64,000 nt of DNA from Dehalococcoidia bacterium (GTDB lineage: Bacteria > Chloroflexota > Dehalococcoidia > Lucifugimonadales > UBA3495), in contig OY761558.1 in NCBI GenBank assembly GCA_963664725.1, positions 364,414-428,413 of the forward strand, in the 5' to 3' direction. The position numbers and the translations under genes were made by a program. This document shows positions 61,931 through 64,000 of this stretch, piece by piece (the first letter of the stretch is position 1; every line of letters begins with the position of its first letter). Under the pieces are notes generated by a model. That model worked only from the letters and a program-made list of their open reading frames with translations. It did not search any database and had not been told where the DNA came from.

Positions 61931-63610
61931 TTACAGCGAGCCGTCAATACTCACGTTAATTACCGAGGGTTTGCCGCTGGCGATGGCCTGTTCCATGGCA
62001 GGGCGCAGTTCTGCGGGATTTTCCACGTTGCGGCCGGCGACCCCCATGGCCTCGGCCACCTCCGCCAGGGGGAGAGGGGTGGCAAAGTCCATACCCACAT
62101 ATTCGCTATCCCGCTGGTTGTCCTCCAGCATATTCCGCAGGTAAACGTCCATGTTCACCTTGAGAATGCGGTAGGACCGGTTGTTGCAGATGGCGTAGGT
62201 CACGGGGATGTTGTAGCGGGCTGCCGTCCAAAGGGCCTGCACCGTGTACATGGATGCGCCGTCGCCCACCACGGCCACCACCGGCCGGTCCGGGTTGGCC
62301 AGTTGAATGCCCAGAGAACCCGGCATAGCCCACCCCAGCGCGCCGCCCCGTATGGCGTAGTAACTGCCCGGCTCGGAAGGTTCCAGGGCCTGGAGCAGGG
62401 CTCCCCGGGAAGTAATGGCCTCGTCGGCGATGATGGCGTTGTCCGGCAGAGACTGGGAAAGTTCGTACATCATCCGGTCCACCGGCATGGGCCGGGTGTC
62501 GGGCATGGACTGCATCCGGCGCAGATACTCGGCGCGGGCCTGCCGCTTTGCGTCGCCCAGCGTGGCAGCGCGAGTGGCCGCCGCTTCCCGGGCCGACGCG
62601 GACATCTCCGTATCCAGGGCCTCGGCCAGTTCAGAAAGGCCGGATTTGGGGTCACAGGGAATGCCCACATCGGTGGGATAGACCTTTTCGATTTCATTGA
62701 AGTTGTTGTCCATGTGGACGAGCTTCGTGCCGGGCGACAGGAATGGTTCCGAAACGTACAGGAAGGAGGAAAAGACGTTAGTTCCCACCGCCATCACCAC
62801 GTCGGCCTCTGCAAGTTGCCGCCGGGTAGCGGAACTGTTGAGATTGAGCATTCCGGCGTACTGGTCGTGGTTCAGAGGGAAACTGATTTCGGAGTAGGTG
62901 TAGGAACTGGCATAGACCTTGGCCCCCAGCAGTTCAGCTACCCGGACCAGTTCCGCGCCGCCGTCCGACTGGGCCACCCGATCTCCCACCACAATGACCG
63001 GATTATCGGCCTGGGCCAGCAACGCTACCGCGCCACTCACCGCGTCCGGGTCGGGGCCCATGCGGTAATAGCCGGTGGACGAGGGCGTTATGTCAACGTC
63101 CACCTCCTCGTCCATGGTGTCCCACGGGAAGGACAGAAAAACCGGACCCACCGGCGGAGTCAGCGCCTCCTTGAATGCCCGCCTTACGGCCATGGGAATG
63201 TTGCTGGCGTGGGGTATTTCCGCGCTCCACTTGGTAAATTGCTGGGTCATCTCTACAAGGTCGCCCGAAAGCACAGGGTCGCTAAGCAGCATTCGGGTGT
63301 CCGAGTTGCCCGCCGTCAGGACCAGGGGAGTGCCGCCCCGGTAGGCGTTGTATAGGGCGCTGATACCGTTGGCCAGCCCGCCGGCGATGTGGATGTTGGC
63401 GAAGGCCGGCTTACCGGTGGCCCGGGCGTAACCGTCCGCCATGCCCACGGCCGTACCTTCTTGCAGAGCCTGGATGTATCGCAGGTCGGGGTAGTCCTGG
63501 AGGACATCCAGGAAGGGGGTTTCGCTGGTGCCAGGGTTGCCGAAGATATACCCCACACCCTCGGCGGCCAGCATTCGGGCCAGGGCTTCCTTACCGGTCA
63601 TTCGGGCCAT
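61931..63610 (-). CDS. Thiamine-pyrophosphate-dependent enzyme (acetolactate synthase / benzoylformate decarboxylase-like)
   Basis: GVGYIFGNPGTSETPFLD at the N-terminus and the TPP motif GDGASMYTVQALWTAARYNIPV...NN. Confidence 0.85.
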   Translation of the reverse strand: MARMTGKEALARMLAAEGVGYIFGNPGTSETPFLDVLQDYPDLRYIQALQEGTAVGMADGYARATGKPAFANIHIAGGLANGISALYNAYRGGTPLVLTAGNSDTRMLLSDPVLSGDLVEMTQQFTKWSAEIPHASNIPMAVRRAFKEALTPPVGPVFLSFPWDTMDEEVDVDITPSSTGYYRMGPDPDAVSGAVALLAQADNPVIVVGDRVAQSDGGAELVRVAELLGAKVYASSYTYSEISFPLNHDQYAGMLNLNSSATRRQLAEADVVMAVGTNVFSSFLYVSEPFLSPGTKLVHMDNNFNEIEKVYPTDVGIPCDPKSGLSELAEALDTEMSASAREAAATRAATLGDAKRQARAEYLRRMQSMPDTRPMPVDRMMYELSQSLPDNAIIADEAITSRGALLQALEPSEPGSYYAIRGGALGWAMPGSLGIQLANPDRPVVAVVGDGASMYTVQALWTAARYNIPVTYAICNNRSYRILKVNMDVYLRNMLEDNQRDSEYVGMDFATPLPLAEVAEAMGVAGRNVENPAELRPAMEQAIASGKPSVINVSIDGSL

Positions 63611-63667
63611 GTGCTTACTTCCTTCAATCAGATTGCGAGCTATTGCAGAAACACCCCATTTTAGTGC

Positions 63668-64000
63668 CTAAAGGTAAATCATCCACTCCAGCAGGTTGTC
63701 GTCCGGGTCGCGGGCATAGAGGCTTACCGCCGGGAGACCGCCGCCGGCCCGAGCACCCTTGCGGGGGCCCGGCCCCCGGATAACCTCCACACCGGCGGCA
63801 GCGAGCATTTGCTGACATTGCTCGGCCGTGCCACTCCACACGAAGCATATATCGGTGCAGCCCGGGACGGCGGTGTTGCCCCGCAGGGTGGCGGTGTATC
63901 CCTCGGGGTGTACGTTGATCTTGGAATCACCCACCTGTATTGAGAAGATTCCAGCCTCGCCGCTGCGCCACTTCTCTTCGTCGTTGATGGCGAAACCCAG
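63668..64000 (-). CDS. VOC (glyoxalase/bleomycin-resistance) family protein, N-terminus beyond the window
   Basis: ...LYARDPDDNLLEWMIYL* C-terminus. The reading frame stays open to the window edge (...LGFAINDEEKWRSGEAGIFSIQVGDSKINVH...). Confidence 0.6.
   Translation of the reverse strand: MGFAINDEEKWRSGEAGIFSIQVGDSKINVHPEGYTATLRGNTAVPGCTDICFVWSGTAEQCQQMLAAAGVEVIRGPGPRKGARAGGGLPAVSLYARDPDDNLLEWMIYL

Noticed and set aside
1-64000. Mobile genetic elements, prophage, toxin-antitoxin pairs, tRNA and rRNA genes.
   Set aside because: I found no integrase, transposase, recombinase or phage structural signatures in any frame, and no tRNA-like cloverleaf candidates in the intergenic gaps inspected by eye. 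A tRNAscan or Infernal run would be needed for certainty.

Overview
GC-rich, densely coding 64-kb chromosomal window. I found no rRNA, tRNA, CRISPR array, transposase or integrase by eye. All protein family calls come from motif recognition in the supplied translations; no searches were run.

The gene content is many family-III CoA-transferases, SDRs, an amidase, a formamidase, a TPP enzyme, a membrane pyrophosphatase, a dimeric-type GlyRS and frequent TTG/GTG starts. This resembles a Chloroflexota-type heterotroph (SAR202/Dehalococcoidia-like), but that placement is only a guess.

Housekeeping blocks:
- cysS, here fused to a GT2 glycosyltransferase domain
- meaB
- an NfeD/stomatin pair
- a his operon (hisZ-like, hisG, unknown ORF, hisD, hisC, hisB)
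- birA, glyQS, hppA
- trpA, an AroH-type chorismate mutase and a DAHP synthase

The best-supported regulatory feature is a cobalamin riboswitch on the minus strand (about 27600-27810). It has its own promoter and terminator and sits in front of a cobalt uptake and chelation operon: CbiE/H-like methylase, cobN, an orphan 136-aa ORF, cbtB, cbtA and a fused chlI-chlD.

Observations most worth follow-up:
1. An orphan Mo-hydroxylase large subunit, a GG-terminated ThiS/MoaD-like protein and a double-domain SagB/nitroreductase-like protein, all co-oriented (29156-33439).
2. The CysRS-GT2 fusion (437-2635).
3. An uncharacterised ORF translationally embedded in the his operon, which is a candidate for the missing histidinol-phosphate phosphatase (11443-12201).
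4. A family of GTAG-headed GC-rich hairpins (REP-like) and a duplicated module with phased A-tract decamers, flanking an orphan gene (47810-49818).
5. A 182-bp tandem array of about 3 copies in an 890-bp non-coding gap (55384-55926).

Start codons are often uncertain. Where I moved a start from the ORF track, the evidence field gives the reason.
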